Shown: positions 1 to 10,743 of the stretch, in pieces
Layout: each line of letters opens with the position of its first letter
How positions within the stretch are numbered: the first letter of the stretch is position 1
Source: Escherichia coli
GTDB lineage: Bacteria; Pseudomonadota; Gammaproteobacteria; Enterobacterales; Enterobacteriaceae
DNA length: 33,910 bases
Direction: 5' to 3' (one strand)
NCBI RefSeq assembly: GCF_003334355.1
Contig: NZ_QOWP01000036.1
Position numbers and translations under genes: made by a program
The notes under the pieces: model-generated
Seen by the model: only the letters and a program-made list of their open reading frames with translations
The model's database searches: none
Told to the model about the DNA's origin: nothing

Positions 1-55
1 TTTTTCGTCTTGCGACGTTAAGAATCCGTATCTTCGAGTGCCCACACAGATTGTC

Positions 56-75
56 TGATAAATTGTTAAAGAGCA
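56..75 (-). promoter_or_regulatory. rrn leader boxA antitermination element
   Basis: Minus strand reads TGCTCTTTAACAATTTATCA, matching the rrn boxA core GCTCTTTAACAA; the flanking leader (CACTCGAAGATACGGATTCTTAACGTCGCAAGACGAAAAA) matches the sequence upstream of E. coli 16S genes as I remember it. Confidence 0.75.
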
Positions 76-107
76 GTTGCGACGCGGCTTTCAGCTCACT
101 GTCGCGA

Positions 108-300
108 GGTGGCGTATATTACGCTTTCCTCTTTCAGAGTCAACCCTGAATTTCAGGATTTTTTTCTCTTCGTTATTCCGACCATCCTGTGAAGTGTTTC
201 ACGTTGTCGTCTCAACGGAGGCGCATTATAGGGATCCCAATTTTTTGCACAAGTATTTTTTTGATCTTTTTTTCTGTTTGTTGTTTTTTCACCCTTTTTG
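108..300 (-). promoter_or_regulatory. rRNA operon tandem promoters P1/P2 with upstream A/T-rich UP/Fis region (rrnD-like), transcribing leftward out of the window
   Basis: Minus strand P2: TTGACT (143..138), 16 bp spacer, TAATAT (121..116), then GCGCCACC discriminator. P1: TTGTGC (252..247), 16 bp spacer, TATAAT (230..225), then GCGCCTCC. An A/T-rich tract lies upstream of P1 (253..300 on plus). Confidence 0.7.
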
Positions 301-404
301 CTGCAATCGCACACAAAACGGTGCTTTTTTGCATACTAAAAGACTTGCACAAGGCCAATAATGCCCCCAAAGTCATTAGTAAATCATTTATTGCTGAGGT
401 AAGT

Positions 405-959
405 ATGTCTGATGTTTTACGCCCATACCGCGATCTTTTTCCACAAATCGGTCAGCGCGTAATGATCGACGATAGCAGTGTCGTGATTGGTGACGTTCGT
501 CTGGCTGATGATGTGGGGATCTGGCCGCTCGTTGTGATTCGTGGAGATGTACATTATGTACAGATCGGAGCACGCACCAATATCCAGGATGGCAGTATGT
601 TGCATGTCACTCATAAATCCTCGTACAACCCAGATGGCAACCCATTAACCATTGGCGAAGATGTCACTGTTGGTCACAAGGTGATGCTCCACGGCTGCAC
701 CATTGGCAATCGAGTTTTGGTTGGGATGGGCTCAATTTTACTTGATGGCGCAATAGTAGAAGATGATGTGATGATTGGTGCGGGTAGTCTGGTCCCACAA
801 AATAAACGGCTGGAGAGCGGATATCTGTATCTCGGTAGCCCCGTCAAACAGATCCGCCCGTTAAGTGATGAAGAGAAGGCTGGGTTACGCTATTCCGCGA
901 ATAATTACGTGAAATGGAAGGACGAATATCTGGATCAGGGTAACCAGACCCAGCCTTGA
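405..959 (+). CDS. yrdA: YrdA, hexapeptide-repeat (gamma-carbonic-anhydrase-like) protein
   Basis: ORF 189..959 trimmed to the ATG at 405 (MSDVLRPYRDLFPQ...), giving 184 aa, the remembered YrdA length. Left-handed beta-helix hexapeptide repeats are visible. Confidence 0.9.
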   Translation: MSDVLRPYRDLFPQIGQRVMIDDSSVVIGDVRLADDVGIWPLVVIRGDVHYVQIGARTNIQDGSMLHVTHKSSYNPDGNPLTIGEDVTVGHKVMLHGCTIGNRVLVGMGSILLDGAIVEDDVMIGAGSLVPQNKRLESGYLYLGSPVKQIRPLSDEEKAGLRYSANNYVKWKDEYLDQGNQTQP

Positions 960-1192
960 TCATCTTCACTTTGTTCCTGAATTAAGTTTTCCGCTTCTTC
1001 TTCCAGGTCCCAGCGATGCTGACGAAAACTCGCTAACCACTGTTCTGGCGTATCTCCAGTAAAGCGATACGCCAGACTCTCGCCAGAGATCGCGCATGTC
1101 AGTTGCATACCATTCACGAGAGCGGGAAAACATACACATTTTTTATTCTCGTCCCACTCTTCCCTGTCCGGAAACTGGATGGCCTGATTCAC
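935..1192 (-). CDS. yrdB: YrdB, DUF1488 small protein
   Basis: 85 aa [21 protein letters not shown]... matches remembered YrdB. Its 3' end overlaps the yrdA 3' end by 25 nt (convergent). Confidence 0.85.
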
Positions 1193-2007
1193 GCGGACAA
1201 TTCCTCCTGCAATTGCTTTATAACTGGTTCTACGTCAGGCAGAACACCGTGCCAGAGAAGAAAGGCATGAGCCGCCTGTGCCACCAGCATTCCTAAACCA
1301 TCAGCATTACGCTTTGAGCCTCGCTGCTCACACCATGCCAGAAAAGGAGTTTTTCCTTTCTGATAGAACATGTCATAGCAATAAATGCCTGGATGAATGA
1401 GCGATGACGGGATCGCCGGAATATCACCACTGATGCCACTGGATGTTGCATTAATAATGAGATCAAACTCATGACCTTCCAGTTCGTCCATACTCAACGC
1501 CTGAATACTGCCAGTGTGCGCAAACAATTTAGCCAACTCTTCCGCGCGGGATACCGTCCGATTAGTTATTGTCACCGCACAGTCCAGGGAAAGGAGTGGC
1601 AGTAGTACGCCGCGAGATGCTCCACCAGCGCCGATAAGCAGAATACGTAAACCAGGGCGGATAAAAGACAGACGTTCCAGATCGCTTAACAAGCCTACAC
1701 CATCGGTATTGTCACCCAGCAGGCGTCCATCTTCTAACCGCATGAGGGTATTAACAGCACCAGCCAACGCTGCCCGTTCAGTAAGCTCATCCGCTCTGGC
1801 AAAAGCCTCTTCTTTAAAAGGCACCGTCACATTCGCACCTTTACCACCAGCACTAAAGAAAGCGTTCAGTGTGTTGATGAAATCATTGATGGGTGCCAAC
1901 ACGCGCCCATAGGGATGTTCAATATTCAGTTGCTGAGCAAATTGCTGATGAATGAATGGCGATTTGCTGTGGGCTATCGGATTACCAAAAACAGCATAGG
2001 TTTCCAT
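1189..2007 (-). CDS. aroE: Shikimate 5-dehydrogenase
   Basis: ORF trimmed to [21 protein letters not shown]... (272 aa). Rossmann GAGGA motif present; 4 nt overlap with yrdB start. Confidence 0.95.
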
Positions 2008-2011
2008 TATG

Positions 2012-2584
2012 TTACCCCTGTCGAAACAGTTCACCCGTCAGGGCATCGCGGATTTCTGAAGGATTTAAACGCCCCCCCGTTTCACCAGGCACAACCGGGA
2101 ACGCCGCGCCAAATTGTGCGCGAACTTCGTCTACTGTTCGACAAGGTGGCAATCCACTCAAGTTGGCACTGGTAGAAACCAGCGGTTTACCATAAGCCTG
2201 GCACAAAGCAACCACCAACGGATGGTCGGTGACTCGTACAGCAAGCGAATCAAAGCGGCCCGTCAACCAGCGCGGTGTTGTCGCAGGCGCGGGAAAGACA
2301 AAGGTGACAGGACCTGGCCAGCGGGAAAAAATGGTTTCACGCTGCACGTCAGTCAACATGGTGTCATCAATATAGGGTTTAAGCTGCTCGTAATTTGCTG
2401 CGATTAAAATCAGCCCCTTATCAACCGGACGCTGTTTTAACTCCAACAGTCGCATCACTGCTGTTTCGCTATCAGGATCGCACCCAACACCGAAAACGGC
2501 TTCCGTTGGATAGGCGATGACACGTTCTTCATTGAGAACATCTATCGCAGCTGCGATAGCGTCTCTTTGCAGGTTATTATTCAC
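2012..2584 (-). CDS. tsaC: tRNA threonylcarbamoyladenosine biosynthesis protein TsaC (YrdC)
   Basis: ORF 2012..2629 trimmed to a GTG start at 2584 ([37 protein letters not shown]...), giving 190 aa. The longer ATG form would overlap yrdD. Confidence 0.9.
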
Positions 2585-2588
2585 GTTA

Positions 2589-3131
2589 TTATTCCGCCGA
2601 AACCGGCTTTCCACATTGTTTACTGGCACAAAAGTGTTTTACACCCTGCGCGGTTTTCTTTTCGATGAGTAGCGGATAATGACACTCAGGGCATTCTCCA
2701 GCTATGGGTTTGAAGTTAATGGCAAATTGACACTCCGGGTAGCGATCACAAGAGTGAAATGTTTTGCCATAACGGGAGCGGCGCTGGACCAGATGGCCCG
2801 TCCGACATTGGGGGCATGTAATTGCTGTTTCGTCCGGTTTATCGATAAGTTCGGTATGTTCGCATTCAGGGTAGTTAATGCAACCAATAAACATACCAAA
2901 GCGTCCCTGGCGTAATACCAGATTTGCGCCACATGCAGGGCAAACCTGCCCCTCCAGAACTTTGACGATATGTCCATCCGCTGAAGATTTCAGAGGACGG
3001 ACGTAGTCACACGCCGGATACTGTGAGCATCCAAGAAACGGACCGTGTTTCCCGGATCGAATAACCAGTTCAGCCCCGCACTTTGGGCAGGACTCATTAT
3101 TACGCACCGTGAACAGTGCTGATTTCGCCAT
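2589..3131 (-). CDS. yrdD: YrdD, topoisomerase-I-type C4 zinc-ribbon DNA-binding protein
   Basis: 180 aa ORF with repeated CPxCG...C motifs ([22 protein letters not shown]...). Confidence 0.9.
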
Positions 3132-3159
3132 AACAACTTATGCTGAATTAAAGAAATGA

Positions 3160-3633
3160 TTAATGCAGCATACCTTCATTCACTTCAAAGAGTAATTCTT
3201 CCATTTGCTGGTACGCATTTTCGCAGCCCGGAATATTGAACAACACCATCAGGATCACCCATTTCAGATCATCCAGTTCGAACTCTGCGTTATCCAGCGC
3301 GAGCACTCGCTCTATCACCATTTCACGAGTTTCAAGGTTGAGCACCTGAATCTGCTCAAGGAAAAGCAGAAACCCACGGCAGCTGGCATCCAGTCGTTCA
3401 CACTCTTCCGGTGTATAAATACGCATGGAGAGAGGATCCGAGGCCAGTTGCATCGGTTCTGCCAACCCTTCCTGATAATCAGCAAGTTTTTCCAGCCATA
3501 GCAGGGCATTGTAGATATCTTCTCGCTCAAAACCTGCGTCGGTAAGATCCTGTTCAAGTTTGTCTTGATCCACACGCAACTCAGCTTCTGTGTGAATATA
3601 GGTTTCAAACAAATACATTAGTACGTCGAACAT
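3160..3633 (-). CDS. smg: Smg (DUF494) protein
   Basis: 157 aa [33 protein letters not shown]..., acidic, matching remembered Smg. Confidence 0.9.
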   Translation of the reverse strand: MFDVLMYLFETYIHTEAELRVDQDKLEQDLTDAGFEREDIYNALLWLEKLADYQEGLAEPMQLASDPLSMRIYTPEECERLDASCRGFLLFLEQIQVLNLETREMVIERVLALDNAEFELDDLKWVILMVLFNIPGCENAYQQMEELLFEVNEGMLH

Positions 3634-4729
3634 GGCATGCCCTCCTCAATCGGACATAGCCGCCGGGTACAGCTGCGATCCATCCTGCTAACTCCAGTTC
3701 GAGTAGTTGAGTAACTACCTCTGGCACAGGTTGGCCGGCACGTTCAGCGACGACGTCAACAGGTGTTACCTCATCTCCTACGTTAGCCAGGAGCTCAGGA
3801 AATGGCAATGCCACGTCTTGCTGATCTGGTGAATAAAATGAATTTTCAGGGGCGTCTGGCAACCAGTGCAATCCAAATTGCAAGTTTTCCAGAATTTCTT
3901 CCGGTTCCGTCACAAGAATCGCACCTTGTTTTATTAACCAGTGAGGCCCTTCGCTTCCCGGATTCCCTATTGGACCTGGCAAGGCAAAAACTTCTCGCCC
4001 CTGCTCAAGCGCACAACGTGCTGTCACCAGCGAACCACTACGCAAAGCCGCTTCCACCACCAGTACACCTTTACTTAGACCACTGATAATGCGATTTCTT
4101 CGTGGGAAATTGTAAGCAAGGGGTGGAACATCGAGGGGAAATTCCGAGACGAGAGCGCCCCCCTGTTCAAGCAGACTGGCAGCCAGTCGGGCATGACGGC
4201 GGGGATGAATGGTATTAAGTCCATTCCCCAATACAGCAATGCTGACGCCATTTACCTGTAAGGCTGCTTTATGCGCTACACCATCGATTCCACGCGCCAG
4301 TCCACTCGTAATTGTCACTCCACGCGTCGCCAGAGTTTCGCAAAATAATCGTCCCCATCGCTCGCCATACCATGAATGCGCCCGACTCCCCACTACGGCA
4401 AGCTGAAATGAATGCAGCGCGTGCAGTTCTCCTTCAACAAACAGTGCGCCGGGGTAATCTGTCGTCGCCAGAAGTTGAGGAGGATAAAATTCGCTGTCCG
4501 CAGGAATTAAATGATGGTTGGGTTGCTCCAACCAACAAAGTGAGCTTTCGATACTCTTTCGTGGAAATGAAAGAAAGCGTTGTGCCTGCCGCAATGTAAG
4601 CCCTGTTTGCTGCAATACAACCGCATCAATATGCGACTGTTTTGCCACCCAGTGAGCGATACGGACCATATCATCGCCGTACAAGCTGCTGATACTCATT
4701 AAACGCAGCCAAATTTCTGTATCGACCAT
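3605..4729 (-). CDS. dprA: DNA-processing protein DprA/Smf
   Basis: 374 aa ORF with a Rossmann-like DprA core ([14 protein letters not shown]...[11 protein letters not shown]); 3' end overlaps the smg start. Confidence 0.92.
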   Translation of the reverse strand: MVDTEIWLRLMSISSLYGDDMVRIAHWVAKQSHIDAVVLQQTGLTLRQAQRFLSFPRKSIESSLCWLEQPNHHLIPADSEFYPPQLLATTDYPGALFVEGELHALHSFQLAVVGSRAHSWYGERWGRLFCETLATRGVTITSGLARGIDGVAHKAALQVNGVSIAVLGNGLNTIHPRRHARLAASLLEQGGALVSEFPLDVPPLAYNFPRRNRIISGLSKGVLVVEAALRSGSLVTARCALEQGREVFALPGPIGNPGSEGPHWLIKQGAILVTEPEEILENLQFGLHWLPDAPENSFYSPDQQDVALPFPELLANVGDEVTPVDVVAERAGQPVPEVVTQLLELELAGWIAAVPGGYVRLRRACHVRRTNVFV

Positions 4730-4794
4730 CCTTATCTCCCTGCCATAAGCAGCCTTAGCAATCTTTGCGATTGGTCAGTGATGCTGTCAATCAG

Positions 4795-4858
4795 AGGGGG
4801 ATTTGTCTAGAATAGAAGAAATAATCTTTCTAACTCCTGAACACATCTCTGGAGATTT
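4795..4858 (+). promoter_or_regulatory. Candidate def-fmt operon promoter and 5' UTR
   Basis: TAGAAT -10-like hexamer at 4808..4813 with CTGTCA about 18 bp upstream, inside the divergent smf/def intergenic region. A hexamer guess only. Confidence 0.3.
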
Positions 4859-5368
4859 ATGTCAGTTTTGCAAGTGTTACATATTCCGGACGAGCGGCTT
4901 CGCAAAGTTGCTAAACCGGTAGAAGAAGTGAATGCAGAAATTCAGCGTATCGTCGATGATATGTTCGAGACGATGTACGCAGAAGAAGGTATTGGCCTGG
5001 CGGCAACCCAGGTTGATATCCATCAACGTATCATTGTTATTGATGTTTCGGAAAACCGTGACGAACGGCTAGTGTTAATCAATCCAGAGCTTTTAGAAAA
5101 AAGCGGCGAAACAGGCATTGAAGAAGGTTGCCTGTCGATCCCTGAACAACGTGCTTTAGTGCCGCGCGCAGAGAAAGTTAAAATTCGCGCCCTTGACCGC
5201 GACGGTAAACCATTTGAACTGGAAGCAGACGGTCTGTTAGCCATCTGTATTCAGCATGAGATGGATCACCTGGTCGGCAAACTGTTTATGGATTATCTGT
5301 CACCGCTGAAACAACAACGTATTCGTCAGAAAGTTGAAAAACTGGATCGTCTGAAAGCCCGGGCTTAA
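4859..5368 (+). CDS. def: Peptide deformylase
   Basis: 169 aa ORF with the conserved GxGxAAxQ, EGCLS and QHEMDH metal-binding motifs. Confidence 0.97.
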
Positions 5369-5382
5369 GGATAAGAACTAAC

Positions 5383-6330
5383 GTGTCAGAATCACTACGT
5401 ATTATTTTTGCGGGTACACCTGACTTTGCAGCGCGTCATCTCGACGCGCTGTTGTCTTCTGGTCATAACGTCGTTGGCGTGTTCACCCAGCCAGACCGAC
5501 CGGCAGGACGCGGTAAAAAACTGATGCCCAGCCCGGTTAAAGTTCTGGCTGAGGAAAAAGGTCTGCCCGTTTTTCAACCTGTTTCCCTGCGTCCACAAGA
5601 AAACCAGCAACTGGTCGCCGAACTGCAGGCTGATGTTATGGTCGTCGTCGCCTATGGTTTAATTCTGCCGAAAGCAGTGCTGGAGATGCCGCGTCTTGGC
5701 TGTATCAACGTTCATGGTTCACTGCTGCCACGCTGGCGTGGTGCTGCACCAATCCAACGCTCACTATGGGCGGGTGATGCAGAAACTGGTGTGACCATTA
5801 TGCAAATGGATGTCGGTTTAGACACCGGTGATATGCTCTATAAGCTCTCCTGCCCGATTACTGCAGAAGATACCAGTGGTACGCTGTACGACAAGCTGGC
5901 AGAGCTTGGCCCACAAGGGCTTATCACCACGTTGAAACAACTGGCAGACGGCACGGCGAAACCAGAAGTTCAGGACGAAACTCTTGTCACTTACGCCGAG
6001 AAGTTGAGTAAAGAAGAAGCGCGTATTGACTGGTCACTTTCGGCAGCACAGCTTGAACGCTGCATTCGCGCTTTCAATCCATGGCCAATGAGCTGGCTGG
6101 AAATTGAAGGACAGCCGGTTAAAGTCTGGAAAGCATCGGTCATTGATACGGCAACCAACGCTGCACCAGGAACGATCCTTGAAGCCAACAAACAAGGCAT
6201 TCAGGTTGCGACTGGTGATGGCATCCTGAACCTGCTCTCGTTACAACCTGCGGGTAAGAAAGCGATGAGCGCGCAAGACCTCCTGAACTCTCGTCGGGAA
6301 TGGTTTGTTCCGGGCAACCGTCTGGTCTGA
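5383..6330 (+). CDS. fmt: Methionyl-tRNA formyltransferase
   Basis: 315 aa [23 protein letters not shown]... with a GTG start at 5383, 14 nt after the def stop. Confidence 0.97.
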
Positions 6331-6346
6331 TAGTCCACTCTTCTAA

Positions 6347-6369
6347 GCCCGGTCTTGCCGGGCGTTTTT
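6347..6369 (+). terminator. Short GC hairpin plus U-tract between fmt and rsmB (candidate partial terminator/attenuator)
   Basis: GCCCGG (6347..6352), 5 nt loop, CCGGGC (6358..6363), then G and TTTTT (6365..6369); ends 6 nt before the rsmB ATG. Confidence 0.35.
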
Positions 6370-6375
6370 ATACTT

Positions 6376-7665
6376 ATGAAAAAACAACGTAATTTACGTA
6401 GCATGGCGGCCCAGGCCGTTGAACAAGTCGTCGAGCAAGGGCAATCATTAAGCAACATTCTGCCACCGCTCCAGCAAAAAGTTTCCGATAAAGACAAAGC
6501 ACTTCTTCAAGAGTTGTGCTTTGGCGTACTGCGTACGCTTTCGCAGTTAGACTGGCTGATTAATAAGTTAATGGCCCGTCCGATGACCGGCAAACAGCGG
6601 ACCGTGCATTACCTGATTATGGTTGGTTTGTATCAACTGCTTTATACCCGCATTCCACCTCATGCTGCGCTGGCTGAAACGGTTGAAGGCGCTATCGCAA
6701 TTAAGCGTCCGCAACTTAAAGGGTTGATAAACGGTGTATTACGCCAGTTCCAGCGTCAGCAAGAAGAGTTATTAGCCGAGTTTAATGCCAGTGATGCACG
6801 TTATCTGCATCCTTCCTGGTTGCTGAAGCGTCTGCAAAAAGCGTATCCAGAGCAGTGGCAATCCATCGTCGAAGCCAATAACCAGCGTCCGCCAATGTGG
6901 CTGCGTATTAATCGTACGCATCATTCCCGCGACAGCTGGCTTGCATTGCTGGATGAAGCAGGAATGAAAGGTTTCCCGCATGCGGATTACCCTGATGCTG
7001 TACGTCTGGAAACACCTGCACCTGTTCATGCGCTACCTGGTTTTGAAGACGGATGGGTTACCGTTCAGGATGCATCAGCACAAGGTTGCATGACCTGGCT
7101 TGCGCCACAAAACGGTGAACACATTTTGGATCTTTGTGCCGCCCCCGGCGGTAAAACAACGCATATCCTTGAGGTGGCACCAGAAGCGCAGGTTGTTGCG
7201 GTTGATATCGACGAACAGCGCCTCTCTCGGGTTTACGACAATTTAAAACGCCTTGGTATGAAGGCGACCGTGAAACAAGGTGATGGCCGTTACCCTTCTC
7301 AATGGTGTGGCGAGCAACAGTTTGATCGCATTTTATTAGATGCGCCTTGTTCAGCAACCGGTGTGATTCGTCGCCATCCAGATATTAAATGGTTACGTCG
7401 CGATCGCGATATCCCGGAACTCGCGCAATTGCAGTCTGAAATTCTCGACGCCATTTGGCCGCATTTAAAAACCGGTGGAACTCTGGTCTATGTCACCTGT
7501 TCGGTGTTACCGGAAGAGAATAGCCTGCAGATTAAAGCCTTTTTGCAACGTACCGCTGATGCCGAACTTTGCGAAACAGGAACACCAGAGCAACCGGGTA
7601 AACAAAATCTACCTGGTGCCGAAGAGGGCGACGGCTTCTTTTACGCTAAGCTAATCAAAAAGTGA
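6376..7665 (+). CDS. rsmB: 16S rRNA m5C967 methyltransferase RsmB (Sun)
   Basis: ORF 6355..7665 trimmed to the ATG at 6376 ([18 protein letters not shown]...), giving 429 aa. NusB-like N-terminus and SAM-MTase motifs ([19 protein letters not shown]). Confidence 0.95.
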   Translation: MKKQRNLRSMAAQAVEQVVEQGQSLSNILPPLQQKVSDKDKALLQELCFGVLRTLSQLDWLINKLMARPMTGKQRTVHYLIMVGLYQLLYTRIPPHAALAETVEGAIAIKRPQLKGLINGVLRQFQRQQEELLAEFNASDARYLHPSWLLKRLQKAYPEQWQSIVEANNQRPPMWLRINRTHHSRDSWLALLDEAGMKGFPHADYPDAVRLETPAPVHALPGFEDGWVTVQDASAQGCMTWLAPQNGEHILDLCAAPGGKTTHILEVAPEAQVVAVDIDEQRLSRVYDNLKRLGMKATVKQGDGRYPSQWCGEQQFDRILLDAPCSATGVIRRHPDIKWLRRDRDIPELAQLQSEILDAIWPHLKTGGTLVYVTCSVLPEENSLQIKAFLQRTADAELCETGTPEQPGKQNLPGAEEGDGFFYAKLIKK

Positions 7666-7686
7666 TGAGATAACGGGTCGCGACTG

Positions 7687-9063
7687 ATGAAAATTATCAT
7701 TCTGGGTGCCGGCCAGGTTGGCGGCACACTGGCGGAAAACCTGGTTGGCGAGAACAACGATATTACTGTTGTCGATACCAACGGTGAGCGTCTGCGGACC
7801 TTACAGGATAAATTTGACCTGCGGGTCGTGCAGGGGCATGGCTCTCATCCACGCGTATTGCGGGAGGCAGGTGCCGACGACGCCGATATGCTGGTTGCTG
7901 TAACCAGTTCAGATGAAACCAATATGGTTGCCTGCCAGGTAGCCTACTCACTTTTCAACACCCCTAATCGCATCGCTCGTATCCGCTCACCAGACTACGT
8001 GCGCGATGCCGATAAGCTATTTCATTCAGATGCTGTGCCGATTGATCATCTGATCGCACCAGAGCAGTTGGTTATCGATAATATTTACCGACTGATTGAG
8101 TATCCCGGCGCATTGCAGGTGGTGAACTTCGCTGAGGGTAAAGTCAGCCTGGCTGTGGTTAAAGCCTATTATGGCGGCCCGCTGATTGGTAATGCACTTT
8201 CGACCATGCGCGAACATATGCCACATATCGATACTCGTGTGGCAGCAATTTTCCGCCACGATCGCCCCATTCGTCCGCAAGGTTCGACCATTGTTGAAGC
8301 TGGTGATGAAGTGTTCTTTATTGCCGCTTCACAGCATATCCGCGCGGTGATGAGTGAATTACAGCGACTGGAAAAACCGTATAAGCGGATCATGCTGGTT
8401 GGTGGCGGTAATATCGGTGCAGGGCTGGCGCGTCGTCTGGAAAAAGATTACAGCGTTAAACTCATCGAACGTAATCAGCAGCGCGCTGCCGAACTGGCGG
8501 AAAAGTTACAGAATACGATCGTCTTTTTTGGTGATGCGTCGGATCAAGAACTACTGGCCGAAGAACATATCGATCAAGTTGATCTGTTTATTGCCGTCAC
8601 CAACGATGACGAGGCCAATATCATGTCCGCCATGCTTGCCAAACGTATGGGTGCGAAAAAGGTGATGGTATTGATCCAGCGTCGCGCTTATGTGGATCTG
8701 GTTCAGGGGAGCGTTATCGATATTGCGATTTCACCACAACAAGCAACTATTTCTGCGTTGCTTAGCCATGTGCGAAAAGCAGATATTGTTGGTGTTTCCT
8801 CATTGCGCCGCGGCGTAGCAGAAGCTATTGAAGCCGTTGCTCACGGTGATGAAAGCACCTCACGCGTTGTCGGCAGAGTCATTGACGAAATCAAGCTACC
8901 GCCAGGAACGATTATTGGAGCGGTGGTACGTGGAAACGACGTGATGATTGCCAATGACAATCTGCGCATTGAGCAAGGCGATCACGTAATTATGTTCCTC
9001 ACAGATAAAAAGTTTATTACCGACGTCGAAAGACTCTTCCAGCCAAGCCCTTTCTTCTTGTAA
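7687..9063 (+). CDS. trkA: Potassium uptake protein TrkA (tandem NAD-binding domains)
   Basis: 458 aa [22 protein letters not shown]... with a second Rossmann motif [13 protein letters not shown]. Confidence 0.97.
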   Translation: MKIIILGAGQVGGTLAENLVGENNDITVVDTNGERLRTLQDKFDLRVVQGHGSHPRVLREAGADDADMLVAVTSSDETNMVACQVAYSLFNTPNRIARIRSPDYVRDADKLFHSDAVPIDHLIAPEQLVIDNIYRLIEYPGALQVVNFAEGKVSLAVVKAYYGGPLIGNALSTMREHMPHIDTRVAAIFRHDRPIRPQGSTIVEAGDEVFFIAASQHIRAVMSELQRLEKPYKRIMLVGGGNIGAGLARRLEKDYSVKLIERNQQRAAELAEKLQNTIVFFGDASDQELLAEEHIDQVDLFIAVTNDDEANIMSAMLAKRMGAKKVMVLIQRRAYVDLVQGSVIDIAISPQQATISALLSHVRKADIVGVSSLRRGVAEAIEAVAHGDESTSRVVGRVIDEIKLPPGTIIGAVVRGNDVMIANDNLRIEQGDHVIMFLTDKKFITDVERLFQPSPFFL

Positions 9064-9065
9064 TT

Positions 9066-9100
9066 AATAAGGCGTCTAATGACGCCTTATTATTTCCCTT
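9066..9100 (+). terminator. Rho-independent terminator downstream of trkA
   Basis: Perfect 11 bp stem AATAAGGCGTC / GACGCCTTATT with TAAT loop (9066..9091), followed by a T-rich tract. Confidence 0.7.
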
Positions 9101-9192
9101 TGATTATCAAGGATTAATTAAATTCATTCCTGGCAGGAAAATGGCTTAACATTTGTTAGACTTATGGTTGTCGGCTTCATAGGGAGAATAAC

Positions 9193-9603
9193 ATGAGCAT
9201 TATTAAAGAATTTCGCGAATTTGCGATGCGCGGGAACGTGGTGGATTTGGCGGTGGGTGTCATTATCGGTGCGGCATTCGGGAAGATTGTCTCTTCACTG
9301 GTTGCCGATATCATCATGCCTCCTCTGGGCTTATTAATTGGCGGGATCGATTTTAAACAGTTTGCTGTCACGCTACGCGATGCGCAGGGGGATATCCCTG
9401 CTGTTGTGATGCATTACGGTGTCTTCATTCAAAACGTCTTTGATTTTCTGATTGTGGCCTTTGCCATCTTTATGGCGATTAAGCTAATCAACAAACTGAA
9501 TCGGAAAAAAGAAGAACCAGCAGCCGCACCTGCACCAACTAAAGAAGAAGTATTACTGACAGAAATTCGTGATTTGCTGAAAGAGCAGAATAACCGCTCT
9601 TAA
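9193..9603 (+). CDS. mscL: Large-conductance mechanosensitive channel
   Basis: 136 aa [36 protein letters not shown]..., matching remembered MscL. Confidence 0.97.
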
Positions 9604-9818
9604 CAAGCGCCTGAAAGCAGAAGACCAGTGGTAAAAAAGTGATTTACTTTCTTGCCACTGGCCTCCCAGTTCCCCCGATTGCCATGTTTTCCTTTTCGCA
9701 TGTAACTGCCTTTCCCCTTCTTATTTTTCTCTACGCGCTGTCGGAATAAGGGATCATGTAGTAATGCTTCTATCGCATTATCCTTTATCTGCCCTTTAGT
9801 ATGCTGATATCGACTCAT
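9600..9818 (-). CDS. arfA: Alternative ribosome-rescue factor A (YhdL)
   Basis: 72 aa [47 protein letters not shown]..., convergent with and 4 nt overlapping mscL. Confidence 0.9.
9624..9662 (-). promoter_or_regulatory. Hairpin inside the arfA 3' coding region (RNase III processing site that makes the non-stop arfA mRNA)
   Basis: Inverted repeat CCAGTGG (9625..9631) / CCACTGG (9655..9661) with partly self-complementary intervening sequence, located in the last third of arfA. Confidence 0.6.
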
Positions 9819-9873
9819 AAAAACTCCAGTTGGTTATTTAACGGCGCGAGTGTAATCCTGCCAGTGCAAAAAA

Positions 9874-10299
9874 TCAACAACCACTCTTAACGCCACTCGC
9901 CCCTTGTTCAAGAGCTTCAAGAATCGAACAATAAACACTGCTATGAGCAGTCCCACAACAGGCATCGTTAAGGCGTTGCAAGGAACGCTGCATACTCTGC
10001 AACTCGGCTATCCGTGCTTCGACTTCCTGCAATCTTTCCTGCACAATGCCTTTTGACTCCTGACAGGTATGGTGTTCAGGATCGATGCGGATCGACAGCA
10101 ACTCGCGGATCGACTCCAGACTGAAACCTAGTTGTCTGGCATGGCGGATAAATTTCAATCGCTGGAGATCGCTTTCGGTATATAGGCGAAACCCACCTTC
10201 AGTACGCACTTCATGCTCCATCATCTGCTGTTTTTCGTAATAACGAATCGTGTCGGGTGTTACTTCCGCCATTTTTGCCAGCTCACCAATGCGATACAT
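9874..10299 (-). CDS. zntR: Zn(II)-responsive MerR-family transcriptional regulator
   Basis: ORF 9874..10347 trimmed to MYRIGELAKMAEVTPDTIRYYEKQ... (141 aa); MerR HTH and C-terminal Cys/His metal-binding residues. Confidence 0.93.
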   Translation of the reverse strand: MYRIGELAKMAEVTPDTIRYYEKQQMMEHEVRTEGGFRLYTESDLQRLKFIRHARQLGFSLESIRELLSIRIDPEHHTCQESKGIVQERLQEVEARIAELQSMQRSLQRLNDACCGTAHSSVYCSILEALEQGASGVKSGC

Positions 10300-10309
10300 A
10301 CATACTCCA

Positions 10310-10678
10310 CTAGTTATCGTTGATTTTGTCCAACAACTTGTCAGCATAATCGCCGCGTAAAAAATCGGTACTCAATCCAGCTTGTCGCAGCTTCAATTCC
10401 AGTAATGACAATCGACGGCTAACCTCTTGATATTGCGGATCATCGTGACGGATACCTTTGAGAATATCCAGAAGCTGAATTGCTTCTCTCCGTTGCTCAA
10501 GTTCTGGCGGTAAGCAACCGGCATTCTTCAGCAAGCGATACCCCGCACGTAATTCCGGTGGCACGTGAGAATCATCATCCAGTATCAATGGTTCGCCGCT
10601 ACCTGCCAGGTTATCAAACTCACCTTTCGCTTGCGCTTCTGCTATATGGCGCTCTGCCCACTGGTCAAGTAACCACAT
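10310..10678 (-). CDS. yhdN: YhdN (DUF1992) protein
   Basis: 122 aa ORF MWLLDQWAERHIAEAQAKGEFDNLAGSGEPL... Confidence 0.85.
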   Translation of the reverse strand: MWLLDQWAERHIAEAQAKGEFDNLAGSGEPLILDDDSHVPPELRAGYRLLKNAGCLPPELEQRREAIQLLDILKGIRHDDPQYQEVSRRLSLLELKLRQAGLSTDFLRGDYADKLLDKINDN

Positions 10679-10743
10679 AAATACTCCAGGGGATGAACAA
10701 AAAGAGTACAGCTATTGTAGATAAGTGGGGATACTACGGGTAT

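Noticed and set aside
77-361. 94 aa plus-strand ORF at the window start
   Set aside because: Lies across the rRNA promoter/UP-element region, is low-complexity (Phe/Leu-rich from T-tracts), has no RBS and overlaps the yrdA upstream region.
189-404. N-terminal extension of the yrdA ORF (MKCFTLSSQRRR...)
   Set aside because: The conserved YrdA N-terminus MSDVLRPYRDLF starts at the ATG at 405; the extension runs through the rrn promoter region.
2585-2629. Longer tsaC form starting at the upstream ATG ([12 protein letters not shown]...)
   Set aside because: Would overlap the yrdD 3' end; the remembered TsaC N-terminus begins at the GTG-initiated NNNLQRD.
6355-6375. Upstream ATG extension of rsmB (MPGVFIL...)
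   Set aside because: Overlaps the fmt-rsmB hairpin and U-tract; the remembered RsmB begins MKKQRNLRS at 6376.
10300-10347. Upstream ATG extension of zntR (MLTSCWTKSTITSGVC...)
   Set aside because: Overlaps the yhdN 3' end; the MerR-family N-terminus MYRIGELAK at 10299 matches ZntR.
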